Positions 15,169 to 23,303 of a DNA stretch of 50,241 bases are shown piece by piece. Both the position numbers and the translations under genes were made by a program. The DNA lies in the IMG/VR virus record IMGVR_UViG_3300009285_000011, positions 1 to 50,241 of that record; one strand, given 5' to 3'. Position 1 is the first letter of the stretch. The number at the start of each line of letters is the position of its first letter. This stretch comes from a virus. Below the pieces are notes generated by a model. It did not search any database. It saw only the letters and a list, made by a program, of their open reading frames with translations, and was not told where the DNA came from.

Positions 15169-17833
15169 CAGAGATGATCTCCATTACTAACCGGTTCCGG
15201 CCTTTGATACGTTTTGCCTCAACCACCCGATACGCAGTCCCGCGTCCTAACAAAAACTCTGCCTCATGATATCCGAAATTCGATTCTGATGCGATATAAG
15301 CGCCACGCGCCCCCTTAGGTACGCGGATTTCATAATCGAAATCTCCCATCGCATATCTACCTGATTTAATCGAAGTCGAGGTAAATCCAGAATCGCGGAT
15401 TACTGTGCCTTGTAATTTCTTGAAATCTTTAGGGGATAAATTACCCCCATTCGGCAATCCACGCCCGCCATCCGTTCGATATACGGTGATGTCACGATCT
15501 AGCCCATCCCGTTCAGTAAGCCTATCAAGATTCTCGATGTGAGCTAAAGTTGTCGGATCAGCCGTCCGGTTTATACCTCGCAGATGTTCATTGATGGGGG
15601 TATAAGCTGTACTAGAATATTCCTCAATACTGGTAATTTCTGCTTGTCCTTCAGGTGTCGTTTTTAGATCATCAAGGGTTTTTGACCATTTATTCTTAAA
15701 TTCCTCATCTTCGACATCAACCGATTCATAGGCGCGCTTCGGCTGTTTATCTGGTTTTTCTTCGGCTTCATCGCCATTCCCCCCACCACTACCTGCGCCA
15801 AACCGCCCGGCTTCACCGCGTGGATGTTTACCTTCATCCCATACCGCTTTACCTCGTAGGAACGTAATCAATCGCTGGAATGTGCCGCTCACGCCGCCGC
15901 GTGTGAACGAGCCACGCGCCCGCGCTTCACTCTTGACTAATCGGCAGCCGCACTTAAAGCCTTTACATTCCAGCACATCACTCTTAGGCAAGATACCTTT
16001 AGCGATATAATCCTTCATCGCATGTACCTGTCCATTCATACGCAGGCAGGTCTTACAATGTTCCTTGACCGGGTTCATAACCCACAACCATTTACTATTC
16101 CTGGCAGTGCTGCCTAGCGCCTTATAGTAGAGCGGCGTCAATGATTTATTGGCCCACATGTCGGCGCGGCTGGCGATGAGTGATGGTGTGAAGTCTTTTT
16201 CGCTGTAGAGTTCGTTTATGAAGTTATCAACATAATCACTCTGTTCAGCGCGCCAGACCGCAATCGCCGTCTGCGCATCGCTGTCGAGCGTTGGATTTTC
16301 AATACCGCCATCGCGCATCCCGTCGAGCCATACACTCTCGCCGCCCTCCTGCAATCGGGCGCGCAATCCGAACTTGACAGCAGACGGGCTAACAATCTTC
16401 TCATTACCAAACATGACTAGCCGAGCGAAGATATCTTTGAATGCCTGAGTGCTATCTGATAGCGCCCGTTCCTCGCTCATGGTCGTGGCATCGGGCGGCG
16501 TCTGGGCGCTAATCTCCGGCGCGGTCACGGTTTCAATAATGGCCGGAGCATCGGGATTCACGTCATCTAACCGGATGACGTGGCCGCCCTGATCGGTCAA
16601 TACGTCATGGAAGGCAGTCATCTGGTTAGCAAGTAACTGGCGGCGCTCGTCGGGCGTCATCTCACTTTGTAATGAGAGCGCGATACCTGCCCACGTCTGC
16701 GCGATATTGGCTTGTTCCTGATCTTCCTCCGGGTCGCGATACTGGAACATAAACAGCGCATCGGAAGGCAGCACGGCGTTAATCACGCGCTCGATTTGTT
16801 TCAGGATACGGCCTATCGCCTTGCCTTTGCTCTTCTCGTGTAGGATAACCGACTGCGTTCCCGTGCCGATCCCAGCGCCAGTCAGTTCCCACATATCCTG
16901 AATGTCAAGGCCGATACCGAGCGCAATTTCTTTGACGTTAAGCGCCTTATATTGTTCGAGATCAAATTTCTCTGGCGGCTGTGAGAATGACACAAACTCA
17001 ACAGCAGGTTCCTCTTCGGCAGCCCTGCCATAAAGCGGCACGATCTGCCCCCATTTACCGCCGGAATCAATTTTACGCTCTTCCTCATTGCGATTAAGCG
17101 CCGCCTTGACCTGGTTAGCGTCCAGGTTCTTAAACAAAACAAAACCGGGCGGCGGGTTATCGTCCAACATGCGCTCGACATAACGGTTAATGAGGATGTC
17201 GCGCATGACCGCGCCGATACACCGCGACAGCGCCGACTCGCCGTAGCCATAACTCATCTCATAAGCATCAGGATTATCAAGGAAACGTACAACACGCGAT
17301 CCATGCATGGTATGAAGCACGCCCAGCGCATCCATATAAATCACCGGATACTCAGGATCGCCCGTCGGCCAGCAGCGCAAGCTGTCAAGCACGCTTAGTC
17401 CGGTCAATTGTCCGGTCATCGGTTCTAGTGGATCGCCAGGGCCAATAAGTTCTACATATGCGCCACCGTCATAACGTGAGAAGTCGATAATGAGCTTGCT
17501 CAGGAACGAGTCCCAACCGCGCCCGAAATCGGATAGATGAAGCACATCCTGATAATAGTCGGCATCAGCAGGGCGCGCGGTGATTTCCCAGGGCGTCGAT
17601 TGAATGCGTTTAATCAATCCGGCAATCGCGCCTTTGAACAAGTTGTTATAATCATGGCGATAATACTCTAAGAGTTTGGCCTCACGTTCCCGCGTGCCAT
17701 GACCAGGCAGCAAGGGGCCGCGCCAGTATACGCCAAGCGACAGCGGTGTAGCGGACTTGCGTCGTTTGATGTCGGGAAGCTGCTGGACGCTCTGCGTCCG
17801 TTCGACTTGTATGATTTCAGTCGGAGTAGGCAT
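15161..17833 (-). CDS. portal - MuF(SPP1 gp7-like) - ADP-ribosyltransferase fusion protein
   Basis: This is a continuous 890-aa ORF. The N-terminal ~450 aa are portal-like. The middle segment carries the MuF Cys motif (KEHCKTCLRMNG..ECKGFKCGCRL). After a GGGNGDEAEE linker, the C-terminus carries R-S-E ART motifs: YTPINEHLRG, TVYRTD, GFTSTS and YHEAEFLLGRG. Confidence 0.8.
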   Translation of the reverse strand: MPTPTEIIQVERTQSVQQLPDIKRRKSATPLSLGVYWRGPLLPGHGTREREAKLLEYYRHDYNNLFKGAIAGLIKRIQSTPWEITARPADADYYQDVLHLSDFGRGWDSFLSKLIIDFSRYDGGAYVELIGPGDPLEPMTGQLTGLSVLDSLRCWPTGDPEYPVIYMDALGVLHTMHGSRVVRFLDNPDAYEMSYGYGESALSRCIGAVMRDILINRYVERMLDDNPPPGFVLFKNLDANQVKAALNRNEEERKIDSGGKWGQIVPLYGRAAEEEPAVEFVSFSQPPEKFDLEQYKALNVKEIALGIGLDIQDMWELTGAGIGTGTQSVILHEKSKGKAIGRILKQIERVINAVLPSDALFMFQYRDPEEDQEQANIAQTWAGIALSLQSEMTPDERRQLLANQMTAFHDVLTDQGGHVIRLDDVNPDAPAIIETVTAPEISAQTPPDATTMSEERALSDSTQAFKDIFARLVMFGNEKIVSPSAVKFGLRARLQEGGESVWLDGMRDGGIENPTLDSDAQTAIAVWRAEQSDYVDNFINELYSEKDFTPSLIASRADMWANKSLTPLYYKALGSTARNSKWLWVMNPVKEHCKTCLRMNGQVHAMKDYIAKGILPKSDVLECKGFKCGCRLVKSEARARGSFTRGGVSGTFQRLITFLRGKAVWDEGKHPRGEAGRFGAGSGGGNGDEAEEKPDKQPKRAYESVDVEDEEFKNKWSKTLDDLKTTPEGQAEITSIEEYSSTAYTPINEHLRGINRTADPTTLAHIENLDRLTERDGLDRDITVYRTDGGRGLPNGGNLSPKDFKKLQGTVIRDSGFTSTSIKSGRYAMGDFDYEIRVPKGARGAYIASESNFGYHEAEFLLGRGTAYRVVEAKRIKGRNRLVMEIISDE

Positions 17834-17836
17834 AAC

Positions 17837-18124
17837 CTACTTCACCTCGATTTGAATTTCATCAACTAGAATATCGCTGGTGGTAGTGAGTGTGATCGCA
17901 TTAGTAAGTGTATAAGTCACACCGACAGCGCCGCCGCTTATTCGGATGAGCGCCCTTGTGTTGTAGGTATCCACAGAATCGCTTTCCTTAGTAAGACCAG
18001 ATGGGCTAATCACCCAGGCGGATGAGGCTATCGTATCGCCATTGCCATTGTTTTCATTCAGCAATACCTTGTGCCAATCTATAGCGTAGGTTTCTTTAGC
18101 CTCAGTGAACTTCAAAAATTTCAT
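17837..18124 (-). CDS. hypothetical 95-aa beta-rich protein
   Basis: The ORF has an ATGA overlap with the upstream repeat protein. Confidence 0.45.
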   Translation of the reverse strand: MKFLKFTEAKETYAIDWHKVLLNENNGNGDTIASSAWVISPSGLTKESDSVDTYNTRALIRISGGAVGVTYTLTNAITLTTTSDILVDEIQIEVK

Positions 18125-19707
18125 TCCTCACCCTCATAAATTGTATTACGCCGGGCAGGTTGATAAATCCGTTCCCTTGCCATAGATTTGTATGTGCGAT
18201 TGCGCATATCTAATATATAGGCCCGGTCATCGTCTACTGCCCAGATATACAGACTGCCTGTTATGGAAGTGACGACGATAATCTCTCCGGCGATGTGATG
18301 GTCTGTTACGCCCGCGCCCGTCACTGTGAGCGCACCAGTGATCGTGCTTGCGCTGGCAATTTCTCCGGCGACTGTAATTTCGTGGCTTAAAATACCAGTG
18401 ACGGTTGCGACTGATACTATTGAACCATCTAACGAATGATCGACATTGACAGCACTGCTAATTGTTGTGCTGGATGCCACAATTCCGCTAAACAGATGAT
18501 CGGCAGAGAGAGCGCCACTCACGATTGCTTGCCCGGCAATTACTCCAGCAATGTTATGGAGCGTTCCGCTGCCAGTAACCGTGAGATCGCCTGAAATCGT
18601 TGTTATTGCGACAACTACACCTGTAAGCAGATGGTTAGCGGTGAGCGCCCCGGCGACGGTAGTGATATTGGCGACTATACCCGCCAGTGGATGATTGGCC
18701 GTCAAAGCGCCACTAACCGACGCACTGACGACAATCGTTCCGGCTATCGGATGCGCCACAGTTAGCGCGCCAGTGAATGTCGATAGGCTGGCGATTGTAC
18801 CTGCCAGTGGATGAGCCGCCGTTAGCGCCCCGGCGATTGTCGATGTGTTGGCGATTACTCCGCCAATAGCGTGCGGGTCTTTGGTCAATGCGCCGCTAAT
18901 TGTGCTGACTGCATCGACTACACCGGCAAACGGATGGGCAACGGCAAGCGCCCCGGCTACCGTCGTAACCGCGTTGACTGTGCCCACCAATGGATGTGTC
19001 GCTGTAAGTGCACCCGTGACTACCGATGTGCTGGCGATTTCTCCGGTAATCGCTTGCGGCGTTTTGGTCAATGCGCCGCTTACCGTGGTGACGGCAGCAA
19101 TCGCGCCGGCTAGAGGATGAGCAACCGTTAATGCGCCAGTGATTGTCGTTACGGCATTCACTACCCCGGCGATAGCCTGAGTTGCCGGGGTATAGTCGAT
19201 TTCTAGCGTCACGTAATCGACAAACACGTCGGCATTAGCGCCTGTGGCAAGCGCGCCGATTGCAACACCGAAATCGGCATCTTTCACCCATGCCGAATCG
19301 AGCGCGTTACCCCACTTATCCGCCGCGCCGCCTTTGGTGATAACTGTGGCACTGTTGGTCGTAAGCGCCACCGGTGTCGCGCATTGATTCGTCCCGACCT
19401 TCGCTCTTGCCGTATTCAGCAGTTGCAGCAAATCGAGCGATACTGTGCCGTTAGCGTAATACGTATTGATCCGGCAGGTTACACCGTTGATGACCGAACC
19501 ATCTGAGATGGCCGAGAAATCGAACGTATACGCCTTTAAGACGTAGGTTTGGTCGGGCGAATCGAAAGAAGCATGAGTAACGCTGGCATCGTTGCCATCA
19601 TTGGCGAAAACATTGGTTGGATTAACCCACGTGCAATTCGCGTCATCCCAGGGCGTCTCTGAGATGGTTTCCGCCGCAGTTGGGAAGACTTCACCAGTGG
19701 TAGCCAT
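18121..19707 (-). CDS. repeat protein: ~177-aa N-terminal domain plus 15 tandem ~20-aa Thr/Ser-rich units
   Basis: The unit consensus is AGxIAxxTTxxGALTxxHPL. The repeats run from aa 178-487 (nt 18247-19176). Confidence 0.6.
   Translation of the reverse strand: MATTGEVFPTAAETISETPWDDANCTWVNPTNVFANDGNDASVTHASFDSPDQTYVLKAYTFDFSAISDGSVINGVTCRINTYYANGTVSLDLLQLLNTARAKVGTNQCATPVALTTNSATVITKGGAADKWGNALDSAWVKDADFGVAIGALATGANADVFVDYVTLEIDYTPATQAIAGVVNAVTTITGALTVAHPLAGAIAAVTTVSGALTKTPQAITGEIASTSVVTGALTATHPLVGTVNAVTTVAGALAVAHPFAGVVDAVSTISGALTKDPHAIGGVIANTSTIAGALTAAHPLAGTIASLSTFTGALTVAHPIAGTIVVSASVSGALTANHPLAGIVANITTVAGALTANHLLTGVVVAITTISGDLTVTGSGTLHNIAGVIAGQAIVSGALSADHLFSGIVASSTTISSAVNVDHSLDGSIVSVATVTGILSHEITVAGEIASASTITGALTVTGAGVTDHHIAGEIIVVTSITGSLYIWAVDDDRAYILDMRNRTYKSMARERIYQPARRNTIYEGEE
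18247..19176 (-). repeat. coding tandem repeat, 15 units of 60-78 nt
   Basis: Unit starts fall at aa 179, 199, 220, 240, 260, 281, 301, 321, 341, 361, 386, 406, 426, 446 and 472 of the 528-aa protein. Confidence 0.8.
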
Positions 19708-19714
19708 CGTTTAC

Positions 19715-20017
19715 CTAGCGGTCATCTTTCCAGTACCGTCCTCCGACTTTACGCCAGACAGTCAACCGCGCTGTGCCGCGAAATACCCGTCGTTTGGGGC
19801 CGGCTTTCATCCGGCGGACAAATTCTTCATCGCTTTTTATCATGCGCGCTGCCAGTTCAATGACACAGCCATCGCTATGCACGAGGTTCTCAGGGCGACT
19901 ACCTTTGCCATCACAAAACCGACATTCGATGATTTGCAACCTGTCATCGGCCACCGCCCAAAAGTATCGATCTTCCTGAAACATCGCTAACAAAACACCG
20001 AGTGGAGTTTCGATCAT
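19715..20017 (-). CDS. hypothetical 100-aa protein
   Basis: The ORF has an ATGA overlap with its upstream gene. It contains a CxxC..C pattern. Confidence 0.45.
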   Translation of the reverse strand: MIETPLGVLLAMFQEDRYFWAVADDRLQIIECRFCDGKGSRPENLVHSDGCVIELAARMIKSDEEFVRRMKAGPKRRVFRGTARLTVWRKVGGRYWKDDR

Positions 20018-20439
20018 GTCATCGTCACATCAAAGTCGCCAATAGCGATCTGGGCAGTATCGCCATCATTGATCGTCTTAGCAACAGTTAAATCGAGCCA
20101 CCCCAGCATATTCCCTGCACCCCATGTACCGCTATCGGTATTGCCACAATATGTGACCGATCCCCAGTTACCGCCGGCAGCTGCCCAGCCCGTAACGGCT
20201 ACGCCATTCGACTTTGCGCCTGCCGCCGCCGCCGGGAAGTTGGTAACATTATTGGTCAAAGATTGGCGGGCATAGCCGTTAGAGTTAGGTACTTCGTTAG
20301 CAGCAGCGCCAGTACTGATATCAGACAGCGCCGCCGTCCATAGACCAAAGTACATGGTCGCCGGCACGCTATATGCCGCATTACCCCATACGTGATCGAG
20401 TAATTCGAGTTCCAAAAAATCAGATAATGATCCTGCCAT
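20014..20439 (-). CDS. hypothetical 141-aa Gly/Ala-rich protein (possibly virion-associated)
   Basis: The ORF lies immediately downstream of TerL. No function was recognised. Confidence 0.4.
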   Translation of the reverse strand: MAGSLSDFLELELLDHVWGNAAYSVPATMYFGLWTAALSDISTGAAANEVPNSNGYARQSLTNNVTNFPAAAAGAKSNGVAVTGWAAAGGNWGSVTYCGNTDSGTWGAGNMLGWLDLTVAKTINDGDTAQIAIGDFDVTMT

Positions 20440-20448
20440 TGTTCACCT

Positions 20449-21669
20449 CTATCTAAAATTCCAAAGAAGATACCGACTCGCGTCGGGTGTATGGTCGTTG
20501 AGTTTGAGCGGCTTGCGCTCGCCAGCGTAGATTAAACCGGAGCGATCATCGTAGCGCCATAACTGCAATTCGCGGATGAGGTTAACGCAACGCGGATGTA
20601 TCTTGAGTAATCGCACTCCATTACCATCACAGATGAAACGCCGCAGCACCTTGACGCCTTCCGTGACTGTATGCGTTCCAGGGCCAGTCATAATGCCCGC
20701 GTCGTGCAGCCGGGCACGTAACTCGACGGCGCTGCTATCGACCATCGCTAACACCGGGCGCGGATAGGGCCATGTAAAGACTTCGTTAATCGAGGCTTCA
20801 GGCAATGCCAATGTCTGATAATATTCAGCAAAGAAATTCAATCCGCCATCCGGCCTTAACTGCGCTAACAAGAAAACTCGCGGATGATGGCCGGGCGTGC
20901 CGACGCCTTCACCATGCGCATACCCATCATCAACGCCCCAATAGACTTCGCCAAGCGCCGGATCATAATCTACCGCTTCAGTGACGTTTTCGGTGAGTGA
21001 AAAATTGTCGATGATAATGCCTTCAAACGAAACGAAAGCGGCGTCGAGTTCCTGCTGTGCGAACAACCCGGCATATTGCGCTCGCAACCGCGCTTTGTAC
21101 TCTACCGATGTATGGATATTATCTTCCATACGCGATGTGATGTATTTACTATCAGGTAAGGGATTGGCGACGAATAAGTCATATAACCAGTGAAACATCC
21201 CGGCGGGCGTCGAGGTCAACCATATTCGTTCCGCACCGCGCCTGATTTGCCCAACAGCGATGTCGAAGGCTTCACGTGTTCGAGATACACGCGGCTCATC
21301 AAACCATAACCACGCCCGGTTAGGTCCGCGCAAACTATCCGGCCTATCGGCGCTGCCAAAATACATGGTGCTGCCATTGGCAAATGTTCTCAAGATACGC
21401 GGGTTATCGAGCTTGCGTGTGATGTAATGCGGCGGAAGCCAGCGCATCAATTCGGGAATGATAACTGCATGGATATTGTCATACGTAGGCGCAACGATGA
21501 GTCCGTCTTCACCTGACTGATAAGTCGTGACTTCGAGGATGCTCTGAATAGCGCCTGCCGTCGTCTTGCCGCTGCCCCTGCCGCCATTAAACCAGACGAG
21601 GTTACGTTTGCGGATAGTATGATGAAACTTAGATTGTTTAGGCAGCGCGGTATAAACACGATTATTCAT
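20449..21669 (-). CDS. terL: terminase large subunit
   Basis: Walker A is FNGGRGSGKTTAG and Walker B is AWLWFDEP. The length is 406 aa. The gene follows TerS with an 8-nt overlap. Confidence 0.9.
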   Translation of the reverse strand: MNNRVYTALPKQSKFHHTIRKRNLVWFNGGRGSGKTTAGAIQSILEVTTYQSGEDGLIVAPTYDNIHAVIIPELMRWLPPHYITRKLDNPRILRTFANGSTMYFGSADRPDSLRGPNRAWLWFDEPRVSRTREAFDIAVGQIRRGAERIWLTSTPAGMFHWLYDLFVANPLPDSKYITSRMEDNIHTSVEYKARLRAQYAGLFAQQELDAAFVSFEGIIIDNFSLTENVTEAVDYDPALGEVYWGVDDGYAHGEGVGTPGHHPRVFLLAQLRPDGGLNFFAEYYQTLALPEASINEVFTWPYPRPVLAMVDSSAVELRARLHDAGIMTGPGTHTVTEGVKVLRRFICDGNGVRLLKIHPRCVNLIRELQLWRYDDRSGLIYAGERKPLKLNDHTPDASRYLLWNFR

Positions 21670-22174
21670 CTTTGCCGATGTTGATCGTCAATCCTTCAAA
21701 GAGCGGCTTGCCATCTTCGCCCGTGTGTACATGGCGATCAACAAGTAAGGCATGAACTTTCGCCAACGTTTCAAGAGCGCGCTGACTATCAGTGAATTTG
21801 ACGCGCATCCCATTCCGCGTGTTGCTAATTTCCTGCACCAGATGCAACAGACCGGCTTCCCGGATAGCTTCCATATCCACTGCAATAATCGCGCCATAGT
21901 TTGTGATGTGCTGTGTAATTTCATTGCGCGCAATCTGTGACAAGCGGTGAAGCACTTCATCAGCACTCATTCGCATTTCTGACAAGCGAATGTCAATCTC
22001 TTTAGCGACCTCAACATCTTTCAACAATCGCTGCCCAATGGAATATGCGGTTTTCTCTGAATATCCAGCGCGTTTCGCTGCCTCAGTCGCATTCCAGCAT
22101 TGTAGATATTCGTTGATGAATGCCTTTTGTTTGTTAGTCAACTTCCCACCTATAGGGAACGAAGTTACGGACAA
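21662..22174 (-). CDS. terS: terminase small subunit
   Basis: LTNKQKAFINEYL..NATEAAKRAGYSEKTAYSIGQRLL is a Terminase_2-type HTH N-terminus. Confidence 0.8.
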   Translation of the reverse strand: MSVTSFPIGGKLTNKQKAFINEYLQCWNATEAAKRAGYSEKTAYSIGQRLLKDVEVAKEIDIRLSEMRMSADEVLHRLSQIARNEITQHITNYGAIIAVDMEAIREAGLLHLVQEISNTRNGMRVKFTDSQRALETLAKVHALLVDRHVHTGEDGKPLFEGLTINIGKDE

Positions 22175-22315
22175 GATAAGAGCGCCCTTGCGGACGCCCG
22201 GTTGCGATTCTGTGGTTAGGAGAGGAAAACTCTTACGAAACGTCCCATATTACTTTGCCTGAGACGAGTATAAACGAATATGGGCATAATGTCAAGTTTT
22301 AAGCGTCAAAGTTCG

Positions 22316-22660
22316 TCAGGATTTATATCTGCGCTGATAGCGATGGCGCTCGCCATCATTCCTACACCAGCGGCACTGCCATCGAAACGCGCTATGGTCG
22401 CGGTGAAAATACGAACTAGTAAGCGGATAGACTTCACCGCAATCATCACAGCGTCGTATCTGGTAAATTAGTTGACCGATGTCGGGATCGGTGACTGGCG
22501 GCCCCAACCGGGCAAGCCGCCAATCGGCAATGGAGAGTGTCCAATAACCATCAAAGAGCGGATCGAACGAGAACATACTACAGACATAACCGGGCGCGGG
22601 GATTTTGAGATAACCCTCGTCACCCCACACGTGAGCAAGATATTCTACAGTCCTATTCAT
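22316..22660 (-). CDS. Cys-rich zinc-finger protein (possible endonuclease-type Zn loop)
   Basis: The pattern is CDDCGEVYPLTSSYFHRD..WQCRWC. This is the first ORF after the leftward promoter and lies upstream of TerS. No HNH catalytic motif was seen. Confidence 0.35.
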   Translation of the reverse strand: MNRTVEYLAHVWGDEGYLKIPAPGYVCSMFSFDPLFDGYWTLSIADWRLARLGPPVTDPDIGQLIYQIRRCDDCGEVYPLTSSYFHRDHSAFRWQCRWCRNDGERHRYQRRYKS

Positions 22661-22708
22661 ATCCCGAATCCTAGCACAGAACCTGGGATATGTGCAACCT
22701 TACCCTAT

Positions 22709-22736
22709 CATCATACAATACCTATGACATTTGTCA
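22709..22736 (-). promoter_or_regulatory. candidate leftward (late operon) promoter ATGACA-N16-TATGAT
   Basis: The reverse complement of 22709-22736 carries the hexamers. The -35 hexamer lies inside the 22-bp palindrome. Confidence 0.4.
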
Positions 22737-22740
22737 TAGG
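22719..22740. promoter_or_regulatory. 22-bp perfect palindrome ACCTATGACA-TT-TGTCATAGGT (operator-like)
   Basis: Read directly from the sequence. It lies in the divergent intergenic region. Confidence 0.6.
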
Positions 22741-22765
22741 TTTCTCATAACATGTCACTTTGCCT

Positions 22766-22794
22766 ATTGACACATTCTATATAATGTGTCATAA
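22766..22794 (+). promoter_or_regulatory. rightward early promoter TTGACA-N17-CATAAT with an embedded inverted repeat GACACAT-N8-ATGTGTC
   Basis: The hexamers lie at 22766-22771 and 22789-22794. The promoter is 27 nt upstream of the first early ATG. Confidence 0.6.
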
Positions 22795-22820
22795 TGATAG
22801 TATAGATAGGAGAGAGAACC

Positions 22821-23090
22821 ATGGCGAAGAAACGGAATAGTAGAGTAAGACAAGACGGATCACCTCGACAGACCAGCGGTGCGCATAGAGGGGCAGAGCA
22901 GGTTGCTCATGAATCTGCTATCCGTAACATACAGGCGCAGGTAGACGAGTGGCAAGCGAAGGTGGAGAAATTCGAGCGGATGGCAAAATCAATGCCTTCC
23001 CCATTCAAAGAAGAGGCCGAACGTAAAGCGCAAGAAGCGCAGCAAGAAGTAGAATTCTTCAAACGGCAATTCCGTATGATAAGCCACTAA
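22821..23090 (+). CDS. hypothetical basic coiled-coil protein (first early gene)
   Basis: The ORF follows an ATAGGAGAGAGAA box and the promoter. Confidence 0.6.
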   Translation: MAKKRNSRVRQDGSPRQTSGAHRGAEQVAHESAIRNIQAQVDEWQAKVEKFERMAKSMPSPFKEEAERKAQEAQQEVEFFKRQFRMISH

Positions 23091-23096
23091 GCCGAA

Positions 23097-23115
23097 ACCG
23101 GGCACTTTACCCGGT
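23097..23115 (+). terminator. hairpin ACCGGG-cacttta-CCCGGT (conserved with 27302-27318)
   Basis: It lies directly after the stop of 22821-23090. A second hairpin, CCGGT-acacgta-ACCGG-CTTT, follows. Confidence 0.35.
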
Positions 23116-23169
23116 CAGTCCGGTACACGTAACCGGCTTTGATAAGGCTACGAATAGGAGAGTAATGAA

Positions 23170-23289
23170 ATGAAACACATCAACATCAGCAGCAGATATG
23201 GCGACAATGCAGAAGTGTCCCTCGAAGACATCCCCGGTTCGACTCCGGGGCGCGGACTTAGCAGTATCTTACAAAATGATAGAGACTGA
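23170..23289 (+). CDS. unannotated 39-aa ORF (MKHINISSRYGDNAEVSLEDIPGSTPGRGLSSILQNDRD)
   Basis: The ORF is below the track cutoff. It is preceded by the same AATAGGAGAG box as its neighbours and fills an otherwise empty gap. Confidence 0.4.
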   Translation: MKHINISSRYGDNAEVSLEDIPGSTPGRGLSSILQNDRD

Positions 23290-23303
23290 ATAGGAGAGAG
23301 AAA

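Noticed and set aside
18845-19120. Plus-strand ORFs (18845-19120 and 18871-19113) inside the repeat protein gene
   Set aside because: They are antisense phantom ORFs created by the 60-nt coding repeats. They have no start signals.
20449-20451. Amber (TAG) stop-codon reassignment suggested by CUA-containing tRNA-like loops
   Set aside because: TerL and the methyltransferase 5772-6413 terminate at TAG at sensible positions. All long ORFs are uninterrupted under the standard code. Genome-wide recoding is therefore not supported.
23233-23259. A tRNA 3'-half-like segment as an attP core
   Set aside because: No integrase gene exists in the genome and the segment lies inside a plausible small ORF. 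It is kept only as a low-priority note within the 39-aa ORF finding.
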